A stretch of 64,000 bases of DNA, from contig OX597817.1 of assembly GCA_951406725.2 (NCBI GenBank), forward strand, positions 434,001 through 498,000, written 5' to 3'. Numbering within the stretch: the first letter of the stretch is position 1; every line of letters begins with the position of its first letter. Shown here piece after piece: positions 36,028 to 49,221 of this stretch. This stretch comes from Octopus vulgaris (lineage: Eukaryota). The notes beneath the pieces were generated by a model. That model saw nothing but the letters and a program-made list of their open reading frames with translations. It had not been told where the DNA came from and ran no database searches. A program made the position numbers and the translations under genes.

Positions 36028-39000
36028 TAATTAGTTTATGACTAATATGATCTCTCCAAATACGTTTTGGTTTTATTAGACAATCTCAACTAACTTGCCA
36101 ACCAAAATTTCCCCCATTTAGTTTTGCTTTATCATTTCTATGACAGACAGTCATAGTCCACACTTGAACACTACATGTTAAGCAATGAAAGTGATTATCT
36201 AGACCACTGGATCACTGATCGGCATCATTTAAACTAGGTCAATTACTAGCATTATTAATTTTGCTTATTTCACTATATGAACATCACAACTGAAGTGATC
36301 TTTAACCCATATTATATGATAAAAATGCAACCAAGTATCACAATGTTGTCACGCCATCTCTTGAGAAGAAAGTTCAATATTGGTCACATTTTTTAACCTC
36401 TGGTGAGGTTCTCTTTCCCAACACCTTAGTTCTGTAAGCTGTCCACCCACGCATTCACCATCATTAATAGCAATGATAACAGTTAAAAATGAGAGTATAT
36501 GTTTCACATGAAACATAAAGGGAACATTTAATGTTCAAGTGTTTAAGTAGAACTCAGTAAATAATTTCAAGCCTCACCAGCTGCTGGAAGCCGTGTGCAA
36601 TAGCTTCTTGTATTTAATATAGTAATGGTTTGGAGAGCACACTTACTAGTGGTGGTACTGAGTGAAGGTAACAACAACTATACTAACTAGAAACCTTGGT
36701 TGGTCAATGGGCTAGTTTTTCATAGTCTTTAGCTGTTGACAGCAGTTTCATTGTAACTGCATATACCTATTCTCACAGGGAACTCTTTGGACTGTTAGTA
36801 AGACACTAACACTATGTATAGAGTTATTACCATACTAATAATAGTCACACTCACTCCCCCACTGCATTTAAAATTTCGGGGTTGTCTCCCTATCCTTACT
36901 TTTTTCTAACTAGACTTTATCATTTAGAAACTGATTGTTCTCATTACTATGGTTATAATATTAATTGAAATTTATTGGTTTGCTACATCATGTTAGTGTC
37001 CATTTTAGTTTCCATGCAACAAGTATCTCTGGATAGTGTTTTCCAGTCATACATTTAATTTATAATGTTAGTGTTCATTTTCTATAATGACATCTACTAG
37101 TGGGGGGGGGGACACCACATCCCAAGTGGGCAGACAGAACCTTATGGAAGCAGATGATGAAAGACTACAAATGGTGGAACAAGCTGGAGACGATAGACCC
37201 AACTTTACAGTCTCCCACCAGCTTTTTATTCTGCCTCTCCTCCCATCCAGCAATTTAGAAAAAAAAAGAGGGATGAATGGAGACAACACAAGTAATTAAG
37301 GACTGTCATTAAGGGGAGACAACTTCCCAGGTACCAGCGAATAAAACAAATGGACACATGGGGAAGGCAGCACTATTTACTCTCATCAATTTCTCTAGTG
37401 TTGTTGTCAAGATAAAATGCACCGAGTATATTAAAAAAAATAACTGGCAACAGAAAGGGCATCTGGCCAAAGAAACCATGCTAATAATAAAATAACAAAC
37501 AAGTGCGACATAGAGAGCACTAACAAAATCTATCGTCTCGCTTGGACTGAAATAACCCATCCAACCTATGACAGTATGGAATACCAAACATTAAAGGAAG
37601 AAGATACATACTCACACACACACATATATTATACATGAAATTGCTGTCACACACAATCCTCAACTGCTGGTAATGGCTTCTTCATTAAACTATAATCAGG
37701 ATGAACACTGTGGTCAATGACTAAAGCCTTTCACAGGGCACAGCTGTTGGTATCATTGTATCACCTCTATCGCTACGACAAATAACTATTTAAATTTTAT
37801 TCAGTTAAAGTCGACTGTAATTTAGAATTTAACCTTTTGTTGTCATGTTAGAAGCCAGAAGGTCTGCAATCCTACCTAACAAAATAAAATAAAAAATGCA
37901 AATTTCCAATTAGGCCAGTGTTTATATCTTTTGCACATACCAGGGTAGAGCATTGAGTAGATCAGTAGTGTACAAAGTACCTTGTAGTATTTAGCTACAT
38001 CCTTTTATGCTCTAAGTTCAAATCACCAAGATCAACTTTTCCAATCAACTCTCCAGGGATGATATAAATAATGAGCATCATTCAACTCCTGATGGTTGAT
38101 GTAGTTAACTATACCTCCTGCTCAAAATTTCTGGCCTTGAACTTATATTAGAAATCATTAGCCACACACACACCCATCTCCCTCACATATATCAACCCGT
38201 ATCACTGGAAGTCACTGATGTTAAGTCAGCTTCTCACTTGGGTGTAGTCACCAGAATTGGTAGACTACTAATGGCTCATGGCTAGAGGTATTGAATAAGA
38301 AATGATACCATAGAAGTGTATGTTGCTGCTACTGATGTTGGTTAACCTCTCATCAGCTCTGACTGAACTGGATATGGTGAAAGGCATTCCAGCTTTGACT
38401 ATCCTGTCTAGAACTACACTATGTCTTCCTTGCACTTGAGAAGATTAGGTCTAATTCAAATGAGATTTGGCTGCTATTTCTTGCAAGCTAAGTGATCTCA
38501 TGGAGGCTCCGTCATGGCCTCTGTCATGTATATGTTGTGACATAAAATAGATTTAATATTTCACTGACAAAATAATGAAGGGTTCCTTCCAAAACAATAG
38601 ATTTCATCACCTGGCACAAAAACATATATACTCCTCTTATATTTAATTTCATCTCAAGTGCCTTGCACTCAGACTATCTCTTTAGTTTCACTGGATATCA
38701 ATGCAAAGAATTAAACCAAAGAAGAAAACTTCTACATGGTCTTTTGACATGCTAATAATAGAAGCCAAATTTGTCTCAAGTCACACATTCTACAGTCTTA
38801 AAAAAAGAATATGTTAAATACACCACATTTGTAAAAGAAATTATCACAAGCCTTTGTTCATCAGTCTCTGCTAAACCAGAGCTAAACAAGAGGCAAGAAT
38901 ACTTAAACTAAAGGCTAAGGACTGTTGGACAAAAGGCAATGCACAGATGTACAATAGACACACAATAGGCTATACATAGATGTAACAATAGGCTACACAG

Positions 39001-39090
39001 CAAGCAATTAGCTATGCTCAGAGTGCAATATGCTATACACAAATGTAGAATAACTATACCCAATATACAATAGGCTGTACACAAATGTAC

Positions 39091-39966
39091 CACAAAGTGC
39101 ATTCAAAATGTATCTGACTTTATTTTTACCCACCAAAACTAATGCTGTATGGGTAAAATCTTTTGGATGGGAAGTGAAGCCACCCTTCCTGTGCATGAGT
39201 GGAGATTTCCATGCCAGTGGGCCATGTCAGTTCCTGGCTGTTATGCCTAAAGTAGTGTAGTGCATGCTTGTGAGATTTTCGTTTTCATCAAATACATCAA
39301 ACAGAGACATTACATCAAGTTTTGCCAAAAGGTTGGTGATACTCAAGCTCAAACCATCCAGAAGATTCAGCAAGCCTTTGGTGATGATGTCAAGGGCAAA
39401 ACCTAGATCAAGGAGTGGTACAACTGCTTCAAACACAGCTGCACTTCAGTGGAGAGCAAAGCGCACTCAGGCAGGCCATCCACAAGTGGAAATGAGGAGC
39501 TGATTGAGAAGGTTTGGCAAATAGTCATGATAGACCATCATGTATCAATCCAGGAAACTGCTCACAAAGTGAGAATAAGCACAGGATCAGTGCTTTCTAT
39601 TTTAATGGAGGATTTGTGCATGTGGAAAGTGTCAGTGAAATTTGACCTGAAGGTGTTGGCAGAGTAACATAAGCAACTCTGCACAGAAATTACTCGGGAC
39701 ATGCTGGGCTGTGCAAACCACATTCCAGACTTCATGGTCTCCGCTTGATACATTGTCATCTTGTGTGAAAATGAAAATCCATGGAGCGCATACTACATGT
39801 CTGTACACGAGGTGCAGTAGTCAGAAACCGACACAGCCTACCAGTATGAAAATTTTTACACATGCGCATGATGGGTGATATCGCCTATCAACCCATAGGA
39901 TTTTAACCACATGGCATTAGTTTTGGCAGGAAAAAATGAAGTCAGATAATATTTGAATATAGCTCA
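39091..39966 (+). mobile_element. Non-autonomous mariner derivative
   Basis: Inverted ends attcaaaatgtatctgacttt..ccaaaactaatgc / gcattagttttgg..aagtcagataatatttgaat. Transposase N-terminus KFCQKVGDT...HSGRPSTS...VSVKFDLKVL; no catalytic domain. Confidence 0.85.
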
Positions 39967-40866
39967 TATGATATTCTATACACACAAAAATATGCAATAC
40001 ATAAATATACATAATGTGCATAAATGTGCAGTAGGGCAATACACAAATGTGTGAGAGGCTGTGAAGAAATGTACAGTGGGCGAGATACAAACAGGGCAGT
40101 ATTTCCGCAAGTAATAATAATGACAATACTTTCTACTATAGGCAGAAGGCCTAAAATTTGGTGGGAGAAGACAGAGTATATCAACCCCAGGGTTCAACTG
40201 GTACTTATTTTATCAACCCTAAAAGGATAAAAGACAAAGTTGACCTTGGTGGAATTTGAACTCAGAACATAAAGGCAGAAGAAATGTCACTAAGTATTTT
40301 GTTTGACATGCTAATGACTTTACCAGCTCACCACCTTATGAGTAATAATACCAATTTTTTACAACTGCCCAACAGGGTGTAAAGCACTACTGATTTATGG
40401 AGTAACAAGCAGAATTATAATAAGATGCTTTTAAACCTAACAAACAACAAAACATCTCTAACCTCCCTCTTGTTCTTACGGATAGTGATTATAACATAGC
40501 AGTTTTAAGTATACAGCAGAGTACTCTCTACCTGTTCATCTAATAAGTGCTAATTAAGACTCCAATTAAGAGATTTACCCAACCCTCGCATCAGCAAATT
40601 TAATACAAACCCACAACTTATTGCCTCACATACATTATTTAGATGAGAAATACAAAACAGGTATAATAAGAATAATAACAAAGATAATAATGAAAAACAT
40701 CAAATAAAAAACAAAGCAAACAAATGATTATCTTTTAGTAATTATGACTTTTGAATTATCTCTTACAAGAAATAGGACACAGCTTTTAATTTTGGGATTG
40801 ATGTTTTTATTAGTTTAAATTGTTTTTAATGTTCTTATTTATTATAAAGAAGCTAAAGTAAATATG

Positions 40867-40915
<49 letters not shown>

Positions 40916-41273
40916 GTAACTGTACATAAAGAATATGTTGACACAGTCGTTCCTGAGATACGATGGGATGGGATGGTCATCAAGTTTATTTCGAGCCTAC
41001 AAAGGAGAACCTTTACACATTACTTCATATGTAATGCTAGAAGAAATGACTAAATTTTCCTCAAATCACACACTACCATCTTGAATTAGGACAGGACACA
41101 CTGGACAATGACGTTCTATAACCAGTTAAGGGTGAGATAGTGTGTGTGTGTGTGTGTGTGTGTGGAGGGGGTGGGGGTAAGAAGTTTGCTTCCCAACCAC
41201 ATAGTTTCAAGTTCAGTCCCAGTGTCTGGCACCTTAGAGAAGTGTCTTCCAACAGAAACTAAGAGAACTTCAT

Positions 41274-41309
<36 letters not shown>

Positions 41310-41856
41310 CGTGTTCATATGCACATACTTTCTATATAATATGTAGTATACAACATACACGCATGTTTTAGTAAATGTATGTGTCAGCACATATATACTA
41401 AGATGACTATGCATGCTAGTAATGCATTGATGAATGCGAACATGCATTTCACTATGTGTGGTCATTTTAATACATGTGAGTATATCAGTGTGCACATCTT
41501 ATAGCATGTGTGCTCGTGTATGTTAATTATGCATGTGGCCACTGTTCACTATGTATCCGTCTGTGTGTATGTGCAGTGAATCTCACACATGTGCACACAG
41601 TGCTTACATGTTAGTATATGTGCAGGTACATGCCAGTAGTGTGTATGTACCTGCATGTATTAGTATTATACATGTGTATTTGTAGCACATGCAGATAATG
41701 TGTGTGTTTATGCATGAGTGTGTGTATTAGGAGAGAATTCTGTCAAAGAAATATATTTTTGTCATTAAAGGGACACAAGGGTATGGGTAGGGGTGATTAT
41801 GTAGTTGAACTAAAAAAAAAATTAATAACTTGGTCTCATATTGACTTTCTTCTCCT

Positions 41857-42240
41857 GTGGCTGTGTGGTAAGAAGTTTGCTTCCCAACCACATGGTTCCG
41901 GGTTCAGTCCCACTGTGTGGCACCTTGGGCAAGTGTCTTCAACTATAGCATCGAGCTGACTAAAGCCTTATGAGTGGATTTGGTAGGTGGAAACTGAAAG
42001 AAGACCGTGTTGTGTGTGTGAGAGTGTATGCCTTTGTGTCTGTGTTTGTCCCCTCCACTGCTTGACAACTGGTTGTTGCTGTGTTTACATCCCCATAACT
42101 TAACAGTTTGGCAAAAGAGGCTAACAGAATAAGAACCCAGCTTTAAGAAAAAAAAAGTATTGGGGTTGATTCATTCAACTAAAAATTCAAGGCAGTGCTG
42201 CCCCAGCATGGCCGCAGTCTAATGACTGGAACAAGCAAAA
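41857..42240 (+). mobile_element. tRNA-derived SINE, family A (well preserved)
   Basis: tggctgtgtggtaagaagtttgcttcccaaccacatggttccgggttcagtcccactg head through to ccccagcatggccgcagtctaatgactg tail. Confidence 0.85.
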
Positions 42241-42508
42241 GAAAGAGAGAGAGAGATCAAATCCCACTAACATAAACTTTACCTTTAATTCTTTGGGGTT
42301 AATGAAGCAATCACTAGTCATGTACTAAATTCAATCCGAATGGTGGTAGTCACCTCAGACTACAACAGCCACTACAGCCAAGTGACAACTGCTGCTACCA
42401 CCCCAACCACAGCCATTCACTAACAATTGCTACTACCACTACAACCATCAAGTAATTGTTAACATCACTACAAATCCAGTAACAGCAGCTACTACCACCA
42501 CAACTTAC

Positions 42509-42626
42509 CGTTGCACAAGGTATGGATGAATTGCTTCTGCTACATCATGCATGTGTATGTACATATTCAACATCTGGGGCAGGTAGAAATCCACATCGAC
42601 ATCTTGGAAGGAGAACATTCGGTTAC
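42509..42626 (-). CDS. PI4KB: PI4KB coding exon, 118 nt (phase 1 to 2), helical domain
   Basis: Acceptor ttctgttttccaccatcag, donor ACG|gtaagt. Encodes (G)[38 protein letters not shown](R); human is [26 protein letters not shown]. Confidence 0.96.
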
Positions 42627-44326
42627 CTGATGGTGGAAAACAGAACAATATTCCTTTAAATATGGAAGAAAGACAGAGTTACTAGTTTGCAAGTAACTAT
42701 AAGATCTTAATCTTTTGAGCTATCAGTCTTATATTGAAAGATGAAACATCTTGTATATTGTTGACATTAGGAAGAGCATCCAAGCACAGAAACCATGCCA
42801 AACATTGGACATTGGTGCAGTTCTCTAGCTCGCCAGCTCCTAATGAACTGTCCAGCCCATGTCAGTATGGAAAATGGATGATGACAATGCTGATATATAT
42901 ATTATCATTGGGTAGTAGTATTAAGGGAGGTGGCTTTGTGCCAGGTGATGAGAGGTTAAGCTATGATAGAGGGAGAGAAATAAATGATTTAATGTACAAA
43001 AGGTATGTTGCTACCCCAGTCGGGAAGAGAAGGAAGGTGGGTAGTGAGAGAAGGAGAAGACTGGACAAGAGTGCAAAAGGAGAGAGGGAGATAGTGGGGA
43101 AGGGAATGTAGTAAGTGAACATGGTAGATGGAGGGGATGTTAGTAAGATATGTTTTAGGAGATGTGAGAGATGAGTCATTCATAAGGAACAGAATGAGTG
43201 CAAGTAAGCATGCAAGAGTGCGGAAAGAGAGTGGGAGATAGAGGGAAGGTGAACATGAGTGGAGGGTGGGAGTGTTAGGAGTATGAGTTATTTTTGATCA
43301 TCATTGGGGTATCTTGTTCCTGGGTACATACATAGGGTTCAACTGATGCATAATACATATGTCAGTGGCCTAATGAATAAAACATTATCATCCTTTGTTT
43401 AGAAATAAAATGATTCTGATTCCAAATCTCCAGGAATATGATAATTTATGATGATTAGAGATGAAACCAATTGAAACAGGGTAGACGTAAACATTTAAAA
43501 TAATCATATCTGAGGAAGAAGTTAATAGTCAAAAAAAAACTACAACTTCTCAACAACATCGCTTCTCATTTTTAGACATTCATGTATAAAACACACTTGT
43601 GTACAATGTTCAGCCTTCATCATTGAAAACACAATCCCCCCCCCCCCAAAAAAAAATCTCATTTACAATATACACTGACCTTTCTTCAGTATTACAATGC
43701 ATGGAAACAACTCAATTAGACATTTAATATCTATTCATGTATAATATATACCTGTGTATAATGTACATCGATAATCATGGGCAAGGAAATTCCAGACAAA
43801 AATTTACTGTTACAATGTATGCAAAAAGTGTTTAGTCAGATTTATTGTATTTGCTATGTAAAATACACAGAAAGTATTCTCACACATAAAACAAACCACA
43901 AACCAAATTTGAAAATGACCTTTGAACTTTAGCACAGTCTATGCTGTAAAACTGCCCTTAATGTGACAACATTGTGGAAATTATGCAATCATGTTCTTTG
44001 TTTTGTTTTGTTTTTCTGTAAAAAATGTGTATTATACCTGAATAGGATATTTACAATCTGAAACAATATAGTACAGTATAGAAACCATGAGAATTTCATA
44101 AGACACTGCACATTTTTCATATGTAAGTGGACAGTATCTGCCATGTAAAGTAAATTTAAAAACAATAAAAGAAACAAAAAAAAAAGGAACCATGTTAATG
44201 TAGAGTAGGGAGTATCATTTCTTGAAGGATCACACATATAAAATACCCAGGATAGCAACAGAGTGAATACTCAAATTTGAATGAATAAGTTCTAACACTA
44301 TGTTAGTGCACCAAGCCTTACATATC

Positions 44327-44382
<56 letters not shown>

Positions 44383-45022
44383 AACAGACAGAAAGTGACA
44401 GTTGATAGATGCCAGAATCAGTAGATTGACAATATGTCCCACAGTTCTTGTTGTATAGCCTCAAGTTAACTGGATGAGCAGATCAATGACCAAAGCCAAG
44501 TGGTTATTCTTTAGCTCCAGATTAAGTAGATTAAGGATTAAAGATGTCCAAGCAATGACCATAGCCTCTTTTTCTCAAAAATTGCTGATCTCAGTTTGCA
44601 TTACATGAAACGTATCTATCTTCCATGGGCCAGTAGGGTGTAATCTGAGGGGGATCTAGTTGCCATTTTTAGCAAGTTCAATGACACAATAGATGACTCC
44701 TTCCTTGACTTCAACAACTATCAGTCGAGTACTGTGATTAATCAAATCATCTACACACATATATATATATGCTAGCTTTGTATATATACACTCACATTGC
44801 TGTATTAATCATACTTGTTCTTTATACAGCAGTACTTTTATGCTTGTTTTGTATCCTTCAATGTTCAATAAACGACACTATTTTTAACACTATTAGGCCT
44901 AAGCATAATTAAAGGAAAAGACATTAATAAAATTAGCTGTTATTCCTGGAATATAACATAATCAAATGAAAAGACTCAGTTTTTCATCAATGTAACATTG
45001 ATGCTGCAAACGGTGGTGGTGG

Positions 45023-45063
<41 letters not shown>

Positions 45064-45126
45064 TGCAATACCAGGCAGTGGCTCTCATGGTTTCTTATTT
45101 TAACTGATTAGAAGTGTTAACGTGTA

Positions 45127-45330
45127 CAAGGGAGTGCTGAAAAGTTCCTGGCTTTAAGGGGATTGCAAAAGGCTAGGTTGGAGGCCCCAATTTCTAAGTT
45201 CTACAGTTCTGAAGGACTGCTACAATAAGTGTGTGAATCTGAGAGGGGAATGTGATCAACAACATCATAATTAATTGATCCTCCTCTATTTTCTTTTACT
45301 CTAGGCCAGGAAGATTTTAGTACCCCCTCG
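45127..45330. mobile_element. Mariner-type MITE, second copy
   Basis: TA-flanked; TIRs caagggagtgctgaaaagttcctggc / gccaggaagattttagtaccccctcg. Interior is a diverged reverse complement of 35811-36027. Confidence 0.8.
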
Positions 45331-46624
45331 TACATGTATTGTCTTAGCATAAGGGCAAATATTCTGCTCAATACCAGTTTTGCTTGTCTGTTGCTTGACC
45401 ATAACCATTTGACCACATCCCTTAGTGCCTGGTGATATTTTAAACAGGAGTAGTGGGAAAGCATTATAGCCATGTGTTGTGATGCATGGGTCTGATGTAC
45501 CCTTATCAGATGGATAATCATGATGGATGTATTAGGCTACGTATATTTGTTCCCCAGCATCACTTTGGTGACATGTGCTGCCCTGTCACTTGATAATGAT
45601 AATTATTTCTAATATTATCACATGGCAACAATATGAAGTTGGAATGTAGGTAATTCAGTCTCTTTTTTTTTTTTTAATTGTTAATTTATCAACCCCAAAA
45701 AGGATGAAAGATAAACATCACCTGTAGCAGGATTTGGAGTCAGTAAAGGAATGGGATAACTGCCATAACTACATTAACTATAATAATGGTTACGAGTTTC
45801 TGACATTACTACAAGGCCACAACATTTTTGAGGAAGCATATAGTGAATTTAATCAATAGCAATATTGTACTGGTATTTATTTGTGCCCATGAGGTAACAC
45901 CTAGAAGATTACACAACTTGTTAGAAATAGCAACCAAATCTCCCACAAATTACAACCTATGCCATGAAAAATCAGGAGAGATATATTGGATAATGTAGCC
46001 TGAGATAAGCAATGCTTGAGAAAGACAGCAAGGTTGTAGCTGAAGTACTTTTGATTTGGGGTTAAACAATAACCACCTACCTTTTATCATATGCTTGGTC
46101 AAAGTTGATCAGGAGTTAAACAATTATAGCAGCATCTGATACTTATTTGATTGACCTCACTTGAATCTGAACTTATAACACACAAGTTTATCTAAATACT
46201 GCAAGATGTTTTCCTTGGCACTCTACCAATTCTGCTATCCATCATGTCACTTTCTATTCATCCATATCTCTGATGTCGTCTGTGTTTTTCTCTCTAGATA
46301 TCAAATGGCTTTTTAATATTTACATATATGCAACATGTCAACTGAATCATCTCTCACCACCATCATGTATATTATTCCTGGATATGTATACAGCCTAACT
46401 GATTCACTGATGCATGTGTTAACATGCAGATACTAACACACGCACACACACACCTTATAAGACATACATGTGCTTAGCAAGAGTTGCAGGTACATAAACA
46501 TTTGAATCATAAATATTAAGACACATACATACAACACACACACACACAGAATTATGTTTATGAGAAGAAACACCAAGTATTTGTAGTAATGTTTATTAGG
46601 AGGGACACTATTTTATGTAATATA

Positions 46625-47496
46625 TTGGGTCATCCCATAAATAATGCGATCTTTTCAATTGCATGAGCTAAAAGCTGGTGAGGGACGGAATAAACCACTT
46701 GCATCAACTTGCTGTAAAAGTAGGTAGTAATTTAGTGCAAGTTTTGAAGAGTGCAGTTTGATTTAAACAGTTATTTTATCAAAGCTACAATGGAAGTGAC
46801 AAAGGAGCATATTCAGCATATTTTGCTTTATGAGTTCAATAAAGGCAACAATGCAACGGAAAGTGTGAGGAATATTAATGCAGTCTATGGGGATCAGACA
46901 ATAAGTGTAAGCCAATGTCAACGGTGGTTCCAGAAATTCCGAGCTGGAAACTACAGCCTAGAAGATGAGCCTCATCCTGGAAAATCTGTAGAGCTCGGCG
47001 AGGTTGTCCCACAAACCCTGGCAGAACAAAATCCCATCATAACTGTTGAGGAACTAACAGAGAAGCTTGGATTTAGTCATTCAACCATTCATCAACACCT
47101 ATGCTAGAAGAAAAACAACCATCTTTGGTTTCAAGACAAAAGGTGTTCTTCCATCAGCCACATAAATTGAGGATGACATTCCTTTGGAATGGGAAACGAT
47201 GGGAAACCATATTTGCTAGACATTGCCCCATCTGATTATCATTTATTCCGCAGTTTTCAAAATCACTTGGAAAGAATATGAATTCTGAAGAGATGAAGTC
47301 AGAACAGTACTGGAAAAGTATTTTTCATCACAGAGAAGTGAATTTGGGAAGAGGGGCCTTGCAAGTTTACCAGATAGATAGAAGAGCAATGTTGGAAATG
47401 AAGGAGAGTAAATTTTAGATTAAAAAACAACTTTATCTTAATTTTGAAAAATAAAAGAAATATTTAAAAGAACGCATTATTTATGGGATGACCCAA
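46625..47496 (+). mobile_element. Internally deleted mariner (Hsmar1/SETMAR-like transposase)
   Basis: Perfect TIRs ttgggtcatcccataaataatgcg / cgcattatttatgggatgacccaa with TA TSDs. N-terminus MEVTKEHIQHILLYEF...QRWFQKFRAGNYSLEDEPH and DIAPSDYHLF motif present; middle deleted. Confidence 0.93.
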
Positions 47497-49177
47497 TATA
47501 ATGCTTGTGTGTGTGTGTGTGTATGTGCATGCGTGCGTGCATGCATGCGTGCATGTTGGCTCATGGTAAGAAATTTGCTTGCCAACCATATGGTTTCAGA
47601 TTCAGTTCTACTGTGTGGCACCTTGGGTGAGTGTCTTCTACTTTAGCCTTGGTATGACCAAAGCCTAGTAAGTAGATTTGGTAGACAAGCTGAAAGAAAT
47701 CCACCATATATCATTATCATCATTTAACATCCATTGTCCATACTGGTTTGGGTTGGATGGTTCGACTTGAGCTGGCAAGCTAAAGAGCCGCATCAGGCAT
47801 GGTTTCTACAGTTGGATGCCCTCCCTAATGCCAACCACTTTACAGAGTGTGCTGAGTGTTTTTATGTGGCACCACACAAGTACATTTATATGGCAACAGC
47901 AGGAGCCCTTTTTACATGGCACCAGCAAAGGACTCTTGCAGGCCAATCCTCTTTGCCAAGGGGAGCAGCCTTAACACTTCTGAGTACAGATCTTGAGTAC
48001 AGCAAGGTGCCAGGTATCTCGGTTCATTGCCATCTCATCTGAAAGGCTCAGCATCCTGAGATCATCCTTCAGTAATTTGTCCCACTTACAGAGTGTACTG
48101 GGTGCTACACACACACACACACACACACACACGATTGGTGTAAAAACCATGCAAAACAAACAGAAGCCTGGTGTAGTCTTCTCCCTAGCTGGCTCTTGTC
48201 AAGCCAGCATGGAAGGTGGACATTAAACGATGATGATGTTTTATAGTGCATATGGAAGATAAAAGATCAGAAATGATTAACTACAGGTAATATAAACCAG
48301 TAGTACTGGTTTCATGGTCAAGGCTATCACCAGTTAAACTGGCAATACTACTCTGGGTTTACTTGGATGTTTGGAGGGTGAATGGCCACTCTAACAGAGT
48401 CAAAAAACAAGAGGACATGAAGGAGTCAATGGCCATCCATTCATCAAACCTACAAATGGAACAAAACTCTGACTCTCTGGGCAAACTCTGCACTGAGTTT
48501 CTTCATTCTCTTTCTCTCAGATATACTAGCATTACCTTTTCTTCTGAACCAAGAAAAGTCATATGAGAGAACCCCTTGATAAGTTCAACAACTTAGCAAG
48601 GGCCTTTCTTTATCATACAAATACAATAAATATATACTGTATATATGTATTCATATATAGAGCATAGTTTATGTTCATAGGGATATGTATTCTAATATTA
48701 GAATATAAAACAACAATGCAATTTAGTCACTGAAAATAAATACACTTAACAATCATAGAGTGGTGCAAAAATAGGAAGGTTATGTTGGCAATCAACATTC
48801 AGTTGAGAATATCCCTTTATCTACCACAATCAAGAAGGGAAGAGAAAGAATGTATGCATTTGGTAGTATTGTGTGGGAGAAATAGCACTGAATACTTGTA
48901 GATTTCATTTATATACATAAGCATATAATCCATTGCCACAAGGTTAAGCCTAATCAACTGGTAAAGAATGTTCTGGAGAATAAAATTAAAACTGCTGTAT
49001 TGGCAGACTGTGAGTTAGTTATATAGAAGCTCTGTCATTATTTTGGTTTCTTGTAAACAGTCAACCATGAGACAGAAATAATATACTTACCTAATGCGCA
49101 TGACATTACATGGAACTAATGTACATAACATTCAATCACATACACACAGCATGATACACACATGAATGCATAGAATG

Positions 49178-49221
<44 letters not shown>

